DNA of 59,001 nucleotides from sequence record SRR16203515_2205. One strand, 5' to 3'. The notes below the pieces were generated by a model. The model ran no database searches, was not told the origin of the DNA, and saw only the letters and a program-made list of their open reading frames with translations. The position numbers and the translations under genes were made by a program. Positions 40,994-50,720 of the stretch are shown piece after piece. The first letter of the stretch is position 1; the number at the start of each line of letters is the position of its first letter.

Positions 40994-42652
40994 ATGCAAG
41001 CAGATTACGTGATCATCGGTGCGGGAAGTGCCGGATGTGCCGTGGCCTATCGGTTAAGTGAGGCAGGCCACAGCGTGATCGTACTTGAATTCGGAGGCAG
41101 TGATGCGGGCCCCCTGATTCAAATGCCGGGTGCTTTGAGTTATCCAATGAATATGTCGCGGTATGATTGGGGCTATTGGTCCGAGCCAGAGCCCCATTTG
41201 GGTGGTCGTCAGTTGGCCTGCCCTAGGGGTAAGGTAATTGGAGGATCATCCAGTATCAATGGCATGGTCTATGTACGTGGTCATGCACGCGATTTTGATA
41301 CATGGTCAGAAATGGGGGCGCATGGTTGGTCTTATGCGGATGTGCTTCCCTATTATTTACGCCAAGAAAGTTGGACATCTGCGGGACACGGCGGTGATCC
41401 CGAATGGCGTGGGAAAAACGGTCCGTTGCATGTGACACGGGGCAAACGTGAAAATCCGTTGGTCACTGCCTTTGTCGAGGCGGGAGTGCAAGCGGGGTAC
41501 GAGGCAACCGCAGATTACAACGGGCAAAAGCAAGAGGGCTTTGGCCCCATGGAGCAGACCACCCACAACGGGGAACGATGGTCTGCGGCCAAGGCCTATC
41601 TGCGCCCAGCCATTAAAACGGGCCGCGTACAGTTGATCAAAGGTCTGGCGGAAAAAATAGAAATCACAGAGGGCCGCGCACATGGCGTTCGTGCCCGCAT
41701 TAAGGGTGCGAGCCAAGTTATTTCTGCCAATGTGGAGGTGATTATTGCGGCCTCTGCCATCAATTCACCCAAACTCTTGATGCTGTCGGGCATTGGTGAT
41801 GCAGATCATCTGCAAGCGCACGGTATACCCGTTGTGGCCGATCGCAAAGGGGTTGGGCAAAATCTTCAGGACCATTTAGAGTTATATATTCAAATGGCGG
41901 CTAGCCAGCCTGTGTCACTCTACAAATATTGGAACCTATTTGGTAAAGCCTGGGTCGGACTGCAGTGGTTGCTGAGTAAATCGGGTCCAGGTGCGTCAAA
42001 CCAATTTGAAAGTGCGGCCTTTATAAGATCACGCTCAGGCGTCGAATACCCAGACATTCAATATCATTTCCTACCGATTGCCGTACGATATGATGGACAA
42101 GCCGCCGCCGAGGGGCACGGATTTCAAGCACATGTTGGCCCCATGCGAAGTCCGTCACGCGGTAGTGTAACCTTGCGATCCTCAGATCCCGCAGAGGCGC
42201 CAAAAATTTTGTTCAATTACATGTCCCATGAAAAAGACTGGGAGGATTTTCGCAAGTGCATCCGTTTGACCCGCGAAATTTTCGCACAAGAGGCATTCGC
42301 CCCATTCGTGCGTCATGAAATTCAACCTGGCGCAGATGTTCAAAGCGATGAGGCGTTAGACGCGTTTATCAAGGATCATGTCGAAAGCGCCTATCACCCC
42401 TGTGGAACCTGTAAAATGGGGGACGCGAATGATCCAATGGCCGTGGTTGACCCAGAATGTTGCGTGATTGGGGTTTCTGGTCTGCGTGTTGCAGACAGCA
42501 GCATTTTTCCACGGATCACCAACGGCAATCTAAACGGTCCGTCGATAATGGTCGGCGAAAAGGCATCAGACTACATTTTGGGGCGTACACCGCTGCCTGC
42601 ATCGAACCAAGAACCCTGGATTCACCCAAATTGGGAAACACAGCAACGCTAA
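40994..42652 (+). CDS. betA: Choline dehydrogenase
   Basis: [42 protein letters not shown]. Confidence 0.95.
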   Translation: MQADYVIIGAGSAGCAVAYRLSEAGHSVIVLEFGGSDAGPLIQMPGALSYPMNMSRYDWGYWSEPEPHLGGRQLACPRGKVIGGSSSINGMVYVRGHARDFDTWSEMGAHGWSYADVLPYYLRQESWTSAGHGGDPEWRGKNGPLHVTRGKRENPLVTAFVEAGVQAGYEATADYNGQKQEGFGPMEQTTHNGERWSAAKAYLRPAIKTGRVQLIKGLAEKIEITEGRAHGVRARIKGASQVISANVEVIIAASAINSPKLLMLSGIGDADHLQAHGIPVVADRKGVGQNLQDHLELYIQMAASQPVSLYKYWNLFGKAWVGLQWLLSKSGPGASNQFESAAFIRSRSGVEYPDIQYHFLPIAVRYDGQAAAEGHGFQAHVGPMRSPSRGSVTLRSSDPAEAPKILFNYMSHEKDWEDFRKCIRLTREIFAQEAFAPFVRHEIQPGADVQSDEALDAFIKDHVESAYHPCGTCKMGDANDPMAVVDPECCVIGVSGLRVADSSIFPRITNGNLNGPSIMVGEKASDYILGRTPLPASNQEPWIHPNWETQQR

Positions 42653-42800
42653 AAAATAAAACGTGTATCCCCTTTAGGGGGGATTGGGGGCGCCAAAACC
42701 CTACATTTTTCGCTGATTTGGTCAGGTTTTCCATGTTGCATTAATAAAATGCCGCGTTTGCAAAATTGTTCTCTAAACTTTCCAGTCTAATTTTGTTAGT

Positions 42801-43088
42801 GTGCTTACCCTAGGTCTAGTTTGGGACTTTGAAAGAGTGATACAGGTTGAACAATCTAATGTTTATCGGCTCTCTGCGCATGCAGAGCGTCATTGTGTTG
42901 CTGACAAAGTCAGATACTTGGAACGTTTGGTTAACGCGCGAAAACTGCTTATGGAGCAGCGCAGCGATATGCGCCGCGAACTGGAACGCTGCCAGAAGTC
43001 CATTGCGCAACTGGGCGATGCGATTGATCTATTGGACTCGATTTTGAAGAACGAAGCGCAGCTTAACGAACCCGATAGGGAAGCATAG
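42801..43088 (+). CDS. Hypothetical small coiled-coil protein (start may be GTG 42837)
   Basis: The ORF fills the gap between betA and pccR; heptad-like C-terminal half. Confidence 0.45.
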   Translation: MLTLGLVWDFERVIQVEQSNVYRLSAHAERHCVADKVRYLERLVNARKLLMEQRSDMRRELERCQKSIAQLGDAIDLLDSILKNEAQLNEPDREA

Positions 43089-44463
43089 AACGTTCATTTT
43101 CATCAATGATCAACTGTCGCTCTAAGGGGGGGACAGAGCGTTGATGGCAGGATCGGCGTTCACACAATCGACAGGAAATACCGATAGGTTCAAATGCATC
43201 TGGTCTTCCTAAATCAAGTCCGTCTGCATAAACTAACTGTTCGGCGTGTTTAACCTCGCAGCCCAAGGCAATTGCAAACCTGCGCAAAGGCGCATTGAAC
43301 GATCCGCCCCCTTTGGTCACGTCTCGCGCAATAGATAGGTAGCGAATGCCATCGGGTGTTTCGGCAAGTTGTCGTAAAAACTGCCCTGGTGTTTCGAAGG
43401 CACGGTGCACATTCCAAAGTGGGCACGCACCCCCAAACCGCGCAAATTGAAGCCGTGTGGCAGAATGGCGTTTTGTGATGGTACCTGCCTGATCCACGCG
43501 GACGAAGAAGAATGGAATGCCATTGTTTCCTGGTCGCTGCAACGTGGACAGACGATGGGCCACTTGTTCTATCGAGACACCAAAGTGGCTTGATAAACGC
43601 TCCAGATCATGGCGTTCCATGCGCGCCGTTTCCAAAAATTCTTTATATGGCATAAGCGCTGCACCCGCGAAATAGTTGGCCAAACCAATTTTGGCGATTG
43701 CGCGTGCTTCTGGGCTTTGGAATCTTGCAAGATCAAGCGTGGCCTCCAGGAGTTTTTCCTGACTTATCAAGGCCAGTTGCAAAAGGATTTGAAACCGCGC
43801 TGTTTCCAATGAAATGCGATTGCTGATGGTTAATATCTTGGTGTTTGGATCGTAAATGCGTGTTGCGTCCTGATCGCTGTTTCGCACGGTTATCCCAAGG
43901 TTATAAAGTGTTTTGATCGCCTTTTCTTGTATCCAACCTGGGCTTTGGCGACCTTTGGAAAATCCTTCTGCTGCACGATCAACCGCGTCAATGTAATTGT
44001 CACAGTAGTGAAAGAAATCGCGCACCTCTTCCCATGGACTTGGTTGAAGGCGTGCATCGTCGCGCCCCAGTGCCTCATCAAGTGAGGCAAGGCGTTCCTG
44101 TGTCTGTCGATAGGCGCGGTGCAAATCCAGAAATGCACGTGCAATCGATGGCGCATTTGATGCGGTTAATCGCATATCTGCCAATTGCGGTGGCGTGTCG
44201 CCAAAGATTGGATCGCTAAAGGCCTCTCTCATATCCGAAAACAGGCGTTCATTTTCGCTGGATGATAGTTCGGTGACATCAAAACCAAACTCTTGTGCCA
44301 ACGCAAGAATAACGGTGCCAGACAGGGGGCGATTGTTGTTTTCCATCTGGTTCAGATAGGGAAGAGACACGCCCAGTTTGGATGCGAAATCCTTTTGCGT
44401 TAGCCCCAATCTTTGCCGCATGTCGCGCAATTTTGCGCCCGAATATAGTTTTCGATTTGCCAT
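43063..44463 (-). CDS. pccR: Short-chain fatty acyl-CoA regulator (ScfR family, XRE/RamB-like)
   Basis: XRE HTH, NYFAGAALMPY, EQVAHRLSTLQRP, GGACPLW, IGISCRLCERRSCHQR; next to pccB. Confidence 0.85.
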   Translation of the reverse strand: MANRKLYSGAKLRDMRQRLGLTQKDFASKLGVSLPYLNQMENNNRPLSGTVILALAQEFGFDVTELSSSENERLFSDMREAFSDPIFGDTPPQLADMRLTASNAPSIARAFLDLHRAYRQTQERLASLDEALGRDDARLQPSPWEEVRDFFHYCDNYIDAVDRAAEGFSKGRQSPGWIQEKAIKTLYNLGITVRNSDQDATRIYDPNTKILTISNRISLETARFQILLQLALISQEKLLEATLDLARFQSPEARAIAKIGLANYFAGAALMPYKEFLETARMERHDLERLSSHFGVSIEQVAHRLSTLQRPGNNGIPFFFVRVDQAGTITKRHSATRLQFARFGGACPLWNVHRAFETPGQFLRQLAETPDGIRYLSIARDVTKGGGSFNAPLRRFAIALGCEVKHAEQLVYADGLDLGRPDAFEPIGISCRLCERRSCHQRSVPPLERQLIIDENERSMLPYRVR

Positions 44464-44471
44464 TTGTGCAG

Positions 44472-44511
44472 TTTGCACGATTTGCAAACTAATGTCAGCA
44501 AAGTTTGCAAA
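44472..44511. promoter_or_regulatory. PccR-type TTTGCAAA operators upstream of pccR
   Basis: TTTGCAAA at 44481-88 and 44504-11, each preceded by a degenerate copy. Confidence 0.65.
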
Positions 44512-44512
44512 C

Positions 44513-45730
44513 TCAATTTGCTGTTAGTGTTTGGTTGCGTTTGATCACTAGCAAAATCAGCAAAATACCAATAAATACCGACAGCCACATGAGCGCGATG
44601 AGCGCTAGGTCCCCTGAGCCCATGTGTAACACGGGGCCTGCCAATGCCGATAATGCGGCCCCCCCGCCGATCATCATTGCGCTGCCTAATCCCGATGCAG
44701 TGCCCGCCAACTCTGGTTTAATTGCCAACATGCCGGCGGTTGCGTTTGGAATGCTCATACCGTTACCAAGGCCGACAAATGTCATAAATCCGAAAAAGCC
44801 AAGCGCGCTGCCGTATCCCAGTGCGCTGATCACAAACGACAGGGACATTCCGATAAGAGCAAGCACCAAGCCATAAAGGACCATGAAATCAATCCCAATC
44901 GACTTGGAATAGCGACCCGCAATAAAGTTGCCAAAAAAATAACCAATGGCAGGTGCACCCAGAAACAAACCCACGGTTTGCGGATCAAGTGCATAGACCT
45001 CAGCGCCGACCGCGGGTGCCCCGCCAAGGTATACAAAAAACGCCCCTGATCCGAATGCCGAGGCAAGGCAGTATCCCCAGAACCGTTTTGACGTTAGAAG
45101 GATTGGATAATTCTGGAACTGTCCCAGGATGGACTTATTGCTAACCGGTGCGGTTTCACCCTGATCAAAATAGCTGAGTATCAGCATGATCAAGCCAAGG
45201 CCCGCCAACACGAAAAATGTGCCCTCCCAGCCAAAATTTGTGTCAATAAAACCGCCTAACGCAGGGCTGAACATCGGAACCACGGCCATGCCCATTGTGA
45301 CATAGGCGATACGCGATCCAGAGTTGGCAGTGTCCGTTGTATCACGGACAATCGCACGCGAGACGATCATACAGGTCGCCGTAATAGATTGGATCGCGCG
45401 ATAAATTAAAAATGACTGAAAACTTTGCGCATAGGCGCAGCTGATTGATGCAATCACAAAGATAATCAACGAAACTTGGACAATTTTGCGCCGACCAATA
45501 CGATCAGAAATGGGGCCGGCAAATAATTGGATCAGGGCACTGGTCCCAAGGTAGATACCAACAGACAAACCCATCGCAGCAGGCGTTATTGAAAACTCTA
45601 TCGCCATCTGCGGAAGACTGGGCAAATAAATATTCATCGCCAACGCTGAGATTGAGGCGAGCAGAACAAGGGTCAGCATGGTTGGTTGTGTGGTGCGATC
45701 AAAGAAACGCGCGGCTGGAAAATTGTCCAT
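44513..45730 (-). CDS. Bcr/CflA-family MFS efflux transporter
   Basis: NIYLPSLP, GPISDRIGRR, RAIVRD, AGTASG. Confidence 0.9.
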   Translation of the reverse strand: MDNFPAARFFDRTTQPTMLTLVLLASISALAMNIYLPSLPQMAIEFSITPAAMGLSVGIYLGTSALIQLFAGPISDRIGRRKIVQVSLIIFVIASISCAYAQSFQSFLIYRAIQSITATCMIVSRAIVRDTTDTANSGSRIAYVTMGMAVVPMFSPALGGFIDTNFGWEGTFFVLAGLGLIMLILSYFDQGETAPVSNKSILGQFQNYPILLTSKRFWGYCLASAFGSGAFFVYLGGAPAVGAEVYALDPQTVGLFLGAPAIGYFFGNFIAGRYSKSIGIDFMVLYGLVLALIGMSLSFVISALGYGSALGFFGFMTFVGLGNGMSIPNATAGMLAIKPELAGTASGLGSAMMIGGGAALSALAGPVLHMGSGDLALIALMWLSVFIGILLILLVIKRNQTLTAN

Positions 45731-45780
45731 ATAAAACAGCTAGAACCTTCGTTCTGGGTTGTCCATGCGAAAACGAAACA

Positions 45781-45864
45781 TTTGCAAATTCGCAAATTTT
45801 CAAAAATAGGTTTACATAAATTTGCAAATTTGCCGAAAAAAACTTGGTAATGCTGCAGGTGCAG
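45781..45864. promoter_or_regulatory. PccR-type operator array plus a PhaR-type site upstream of pccB
   Basis: TTTGCAAA TTCGCAAA TTTTCAAA (45781-804), TTTGCAAA TTTGCCGA (45821-36), CTGC-aggt-GCAG (45853-64). Confidence 0.65.
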
Positions 45865-45897
45865 TGTAAGCAAGCTGAAACGAAAAAAGAGGTTGCT

Positions 45898-47430
45898 ATG
45901 AAAGATATTTTGCAAGAGCTGGAAGATCGCCGTGCTGCCGCGCGTCTGGGTGGTGGTCAAAAGCGCATTGATGCACAGCATTCAAAAGGCAAACTAACCG
46001 CGCGTGAGCGTGTCGAACTTTTGCTGGACGAGGGCAGCTTTGAAGAGTTTGACATGTTTGTTGCACACCGCTGCACCGATTTTGGCATGGAAAACCAACG
46101 CCCTGCTGGCGATGGTGTCGTGACGGGTTGGGGCACCATCAATGGTCGCATGGTTTATGTGTTCTCTCAGGACTTTACTGTTTTGGGTGGGTCTGTATCT
46201 GCGACGCATGCGCAAAAGATTTGCAAAATTATGGACATGGCGGTTGAAAATGGTGCGCCTGTGATCGGTTTGAACGATTCTGGTGGCGCACGTATTCAAG
46301 AAGGCGTTGATAGCCTTGCTGGATATGGCGAAGTCTTTAAACGCAACATTCAGGCCTCTGGCGTTGTGCCGCAGATTTCTGTGATCATGGGCCCATGTGC
46401 GGGTGGTGCGGTGTATTCGCCTGCGATGACCGACTTTATCTTTATGGTCAAGGACAGTTCTTACATGTTCGTCACCGGTCCTGACGTTGTGAAAACAGTG
46501 ACAAACGAAGTTGTCACGGCAGAAGAACTGGGGGGTGCCTCAACGCACACGAAAAAATCGTCTGTCGCAGATGGCGCGTTCGAAAACGAAGTTGAAGCGC
46601 TAAGCGAAGTGCGCCGCTTGGTTGACTTCCTACCGTTGAACAACCGCGATAAAGCGCCCGTGCGCCCCTTCTTTGATGAACCTGGCCGTGTTGAGGCGTC
46701 GTTGGACACATTGGTTCCTGATAACCCCAACACGCCATATGACATGAAAGAGCTAATCACGAAATTGGCAGATGAAGGTGATTTTTACGAAATCCAAGAG
46801 GAGTTCGCAAAAAACATCATCACTGGTTTTGTGCGTCTAGAGGGGCAAACAGTGGGTGTCGTTGCGAACCAACCTATGGTTTTGGCAGGATGTTTGGACA
46901 TTGACAGCGCACGGAAGGCTGCGCGTTTTGTGCGTTTCTGCGATGCGTTTGAAATTCCAATCCTGACATTGATTGACGTTCCTGGTTTTTTGCCTGGTAA
47001 ATCACAGGAATATGACGGGATTATCAAACACGGTGCGAAATTGCTGTTCGCATATGGTGAAGCGACCGTTCCAAAAGTGACGGTCATCACACGTAAAGCA
47101 TATGGTGGTGCCTATGTTGTGATGTCCTCCAAACACCTGCGGGGTGATTTCAACTATGCGTGGCCAACTGCGGAAATCGCGGTGATGGGTGCCAAAGGCG
47201 CGACTGAAATTATCCACCGGGCAGACTTGGGCGACGCCGATAAAATTGCGCAGCACACAGCGGATTATGAAGATCGTTTCGCAAACCCATTTGTTGCGGC
47301 CGAACGCGGTTTTGTCGACGAGGTCATTCAACCCCGTTCAACACGCAAACGGGTCGCACGTGCCTTTGCATCTTTGCGCAACAAAAAGGCGCAAAACCCA
47401 TGGAAAAAGCACGACAACATTCCGCTATAA
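45898..47430 (+). CDS. pccB: Propionyl-CoA carboxylase beta subunit
   Basis: [46 protein letters not shown]. Confidence 0.95.
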   Translation: MKDILQELEDRRAAARLGGGQKRIDAQHSKGKLTARERVELLLDEGSFEEFDMFVAHRCTDFGMENQRPAGDGVVTGWGTINGRMVYVFSQDFTVLGGSVSATHAQKICKIMDMAVENGAPVIGLNDSGGARIQEGVDSLAGYGEVFKRNIQASGVVPQISVIMGPCAGGAVYSPAMTDFIFMVKDSSYMFVTGPDVVKTVTNEVVTAEELGGASTHTKKSSVADGAFENEVEALSEVRRLVDFLPLNNRDKAPVRPFFDEPGRVEASLDTLVPDNPNTPYDMKELITKLADEGDFYEIQEEFAKNIITGFVRLEGQTVGVVANQPMVLAGCLDIDSARKAARFVRFCDAFEIPILTLIDVPGFLPGKSQEYDGIIKHGAKLLFAYGEATVPKVTVITRKAYGGAYVVMSSKHLRGDFNYAWPTAEIAVMGAKGATEIIHRADLGDADKIAQHTADYEDRFANPFVAAERGFVDEVIQPRSTRKRVARAFASLRNKKAQNPWKKHDNIPL

Positions 47431-47431
47431 A

Positions 47432-47776
47432 ATGACTTGGATGACCAGCGACATAAACGGTGAATACATTATGGCGCGGCGCTTGCCGGCGCGCTTTGAT
47501 TTATGCGTTGAAACGACTCTCCCGTTGATGTCACGTCGCAAATTGGCCTTGCAAATCCGACAGGATATGTGGCGCGTTTTGCAAAATCTGCGGGGGCTTT
47601 TGCCCGCGGTTTCGGTGACGCGTTTGGGCAATGGGGTGCAGGTGCGTGCAGGTGGTCAATTCACCTGTCCCGTCCATGTTCCCTCTGCCGAGGCGAAATT
47701 GCGCGACATGTTGAATGACGCCACGCGCCGTCAGCGTTGGTCAAACTTTGCAAAGATAAAGGGTGCATCATGCTAA
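47432..47776 (+). CDS. Hypothetical protein in the pcc operon
   Basis: ARRLPARFDL, QIRQDMWRVLQNLRG..P.V; ATG one base after the pccB stop. Confidence 0.7.
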   Translation: MTWMTSDINGEYIMARRLPARFDLCVETTLPLMSRRKLALQIRQDMWRVLQNLRGLLPAVSVTRLGNGVQVRAGGQFTCPVHVPSAEAKLRDMLNDATRRQRWSNFAKIKGASC

Positions 47777-48120
47777 AACATCGCGGATTTCCAGGGCGCC
47801 TTCCTGGGACGGATTTTCAATTCACGATCCGTCGTCCAAACCCAAAAGGGGTCACGCCGATCGCGACACGCGAACGCTTTCGCGATCGCAAACCTGCGGA
47901 CCGCCGTGCAGATGCAGGTTTTGTGACTGCCCTTGTGCAACATTTTTGGGATCAGCCGTTTGAACGCGGCAATTTAGATGCAGGGCGACTTAGCTGGCTT
48001 TTTGGTCGCGAAGTCAAACCCTATGATGACCCCTTTGATCCAGAAGATTACGAAGCGCTTCTGATTTTGGATTTGAACCTGATCAAAGCCAATTTCCCAG
48101 ACGCCTTCGAGCCCGAATAA
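47770..48120 (+). CDS. Hypothetical protein in the pcc operon
   Basis: MLKHRGFPGRLPGTDFQF, RGNLDAGRLSWLFGREV; overlaps the previous gene. Confidence 0.75.
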   Translation: MLKHRGFPGRLPGTDFQFTIRRPNPKGVTPIATRERFRDRKPADRRADAGFVTALVQHFWDQPFERGNLDAGRLSWLFGREVKPYDDPFDPEDYEALLILDLNLIKANFPDAFEPE

Positions 48121-48135
48121 GAAAGGAACAGAGAC

Positions 48136-50136
48136 ATGTTCGATAAAATTTTGATTGCTAACCGTGGCGAAATCGCCTGCCGCGTGATTAAGACAGCCCG
48201 CAAAATGGGCATCAAAACCGTTGCGATTTATTCAGATGCAGACCGCAATGCGTTGCACGTTGAAATGGCAGACGAAGCGGTCCACATCGGCCCACCTCCG
48301 GCGAACCAATCCTATATTGTGATCGACAAAGTCATGGACGCGATCAAGGCAACAGGTGCCCAAGCGGTACATCCAGGTTACGGGTTCCTCTCAGAAAATC
48401 CAAAATTTGCAGAAGCACTGGCCGCCGCAAATGTTGCATTCATCGGCCCACCTGTTGGTGCGATTGAAAGCATGGGTGACAAAATCACATCCAAGAAAAT
48501 CGCCCAAGAAGCAGGCGTTTCAACCGTGCCTGGTTACATGGGGTTGATTGAGGATGCGGATGAGGCAGTTAAAATCAGCCAACAAGTCGGCTATCCTGTT
48601 ATGATCAAGGCCTCTGCTGGTGGCGGCGGTAAAGGCATGCGGATCGCATGGCATGACGAAGAAGCGCGCGAAGGTTTCCAATCCTCTAAAAACGAGGCGG
48701 CAAACAGCTTTGGCGATGATCGTATCTTTATCGAAAAATTCGTGACACAGCCGCGTCACATCGAAATTCAGGTTTTGGCAGATGCACATGGAAACTGTAT
48801 TTATCTCAACGAACGCGAATGTTCGATCCAGCGTCGTAACCAAAAGGTTGTTGAAGAAGCGCCAAGCCCATTTTTGGATGAGGCAACGCGTAAGGCCATG
48901 GGCGAACAATCCTGTGCGTTGGCCAAGGCTGTTGGGTATGCATCGGCGGGTACGGTTGAATTTATCGTTGATGGGGATCGCAATTTTTACTTCCTAGAAA
49001 TGAACACACGTTTGCAGGTGGAACACCCTGTTACTGAATTGATCACAGGTGTCGATTTGGTGGAACAGATGATCCGCGTTGCAAATGGCGAACCGCTGTC
49101 AATCACGCAGGATGATGTGAAAATCAATGGCTGGGCGATTGAAAACCGTCTTTATGCCGAAGACCCCTATCGTAACTTCCTTCCATCCATTGGTCGCCTG
49201 ACACGCTATCGTCCCCCCGCGGAAGAGGCCACAGAAACGGCCGTTGTGCGCAACGACACAGGCGTTTTTGAGGGTGGCGAAATCAGCATGTATTACGACC
49301 CGATGATCGCAAAATTATGCACATGGGCACCAACCCGTGCAGACGCGATCGAGGAAATGCGCATTGCCCTTGATCGGTTCGAGCTTGAGGGGATCGGTCA
49401 CAACCTACCATTCTTGGCTGCTGTAATGGATCATCCAAAATTCACATCTGGTGATATGACGACTGCCTTCATTGCCGAGGAATATCCAGACGGGTTCCAA
49501 GGTGTTGAATTGAATGAGGCCGAGTTGCGTCGCATTGCGGCCTCTGCCGCTGCGATGAACCGCGTTGCGGAAATTCGCCGTACGAAAATTTCGGGCCGCA
49601 TGGACAACCACGAACGTCGCGTGGGCGACAATTGGGTGGTGAGCCTGCAGGGTGAAAAATTTGCCGTATCCGTTGCCGCCGATGCAAATGGGTCAACCGT
49701 TACCTTTGACGATGGCGCATCCTTGCGTGTCGAGGGGGAGTGGACACCTGGCATGATGCTGGCCGATATGAGTGTTGATGGCGCACCATTGGTTATGAAG
49801 GTGGGCAAAATCACAGGCGGTTTCCGCATCCGTAATCGTGGCGCGGACCTAAAGGTGCATGTGCGTTCGCCACGGCAGGCGGAATTGGCCCTGCACATGA
49901 TCGAAAAATTGCCACCAGACACATCCAAAATGTTGCTCTGCCCAATGCCTGGTCTGATCGTCAAAGTGGACGTTGAAGTTGGACAAGAGGTCCAAGAGGG
50001 TCAGGCGCTTTGCACAGTTGAGGCGATGAAAATGGAAAATATTTTGCGCGCTGAACGCAAAGGTGTTGTTTCCAAAATCAATGCAGCTGCGGGCGATAGT
50101 TTGGCAGTTGACGACATCATCATGGAATTTGAGTGA
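48136..50136 (+). CDS. pccA: Propionyl-CoA carboxylase alpha subunit
   Basis: ANRGEIA, HPGYGFLSEN, EMNTRLQVEHP, biotin motif EAMKM. Confidence 0.95.
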   Translation: MFDKILIANRGEIACRVIKTARKMGIKTVAIYSDADRNALHVEMADEAVHIGPPPANQSYIVIDKVMDAIKATGAQAVHPGYGFLSENPKFAEALAAANVAFIGPPVGAIESMGDKITSKKIAQEAGVSTVPGYMGLIEDADEAVKISQQVGYPVMIKASAGGGGKGMRIAWHDEEAREGFQSSKNEAANSFGDDRIFIEKFVTQPRHIEIQVLADAHGNCIYLNERECSIQRRNQKVVEEAPSPFLDEATRKAMGEQSCALAKAVGYASAGTVEFIVDGDRNFYFLEMNTRLQVEHPVTELITGVDLVEQMIRVANGEPLSITQDDVKINGWAIENRLYAEDPYRNFLPSIGRLTRYRPPAEEATETAVVRNDTGVFEGGEISMYYDPMIAKLCTWAPTRADAIEEMRIALDRFELEGIGHNLPFLAAVMDHPKFTSGDMTTAFIAEEYPDGFQGVELNEAELRRIAASAAAMNRVAEIRRTKISGRMDNHERRVGDNWVVSLQGEKFAVSVAADANGSTVTFDDGASLRVEGEWTPGMMLADMSVDGAPLVMKVGKITGGFRIRNRGADLKVHVRSPRQAELALHMIEKLPPDTSKMLLCPMPGLIVKVDVEVGQEVQEGQALCTVEAMKMENILRAERKGVVSKINAAAGDSLAVDDIIMEFE

Positions 50137-50167
50137 TCACATCACACGACATAAGTGTGGGGATGCG

Positions 50168-50593
50168 TCAGTTATCTTGGCGCATTTCCTGCTGTCGCAT
50201 CGGCATTTTGTCGATGGTGCGTGAAATTTCACGGATGTCCCAGGGAAATGGTTTGCGCAATGCCTTGTGCCCGTCTTTTCCGATCAACAAAATCATAAAG
50301 CCATGGGGACGAAATGTTGTGCGCAGCTTTGATTTCATCGCAGGATTGGTATCGATTGCAACCAGCACATCACGTTCCCGTAACGCCTCGACCTCTTCGT
50401 TGATCATGGCCAATTGGTCTTGGAACCGTGGATCACGGTCGGAATTTGCAAAAACCACGAGGACACGGTTTTGCCATTCATATGCACCGATATCGGTGCT
50501 TGGCGTAACATCAAGGAATATCGTTTCAGCGTCGCTTGCAACAACTTGGGTTGCGCAAAAGGCGGCAAGTAAGATGGATGTAACGAATTTCAT
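50168..50593 (-). CDS. DUF4174 family secreted protein
   Basis: Signal peptide, WQNRVLVVFA, LIGKDG, IDKMPMRQQEM. Confidence 0.85.
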   Translation of the reverse strand: MKFVTSILLAAFCATQVVASDAETIFLDVTPSTDIGAYEWQNRVLVVFANSDRDPRFQDQLAMINEEVEALRERDVLVAIDTNPAMKSKLRTTFRPHGFMILLIGKDGHKALRKPFPWDIREISRTIDKMPMRQQEMRQDN

Positions 50594-50720
50594 GGCTGCT
50601 CCCTTTCTCTCAAAGATAGGGGGCGCAGATACGAATGCAAAGAGGGTACACAATTTTTGTGCCTGATAATTGACTGCGCTGAGCGAGATGTTTCGAACGC
50701 CGCGTAATAAGGAGAGCGAT

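Noticed and set aside
42676..42700. Second G-quadruplex near the betA end (GGGGGGATTGGGGG)
   Set aside because: Only two G tracts; more simply a short ATCCCC/GGGGAT hairpin.
50133..50666. 177-aa plus-strand ORF continuing the pcc operon
   Set aside because: Antisense to the clear DUF4174 gene, with no protein-like features.
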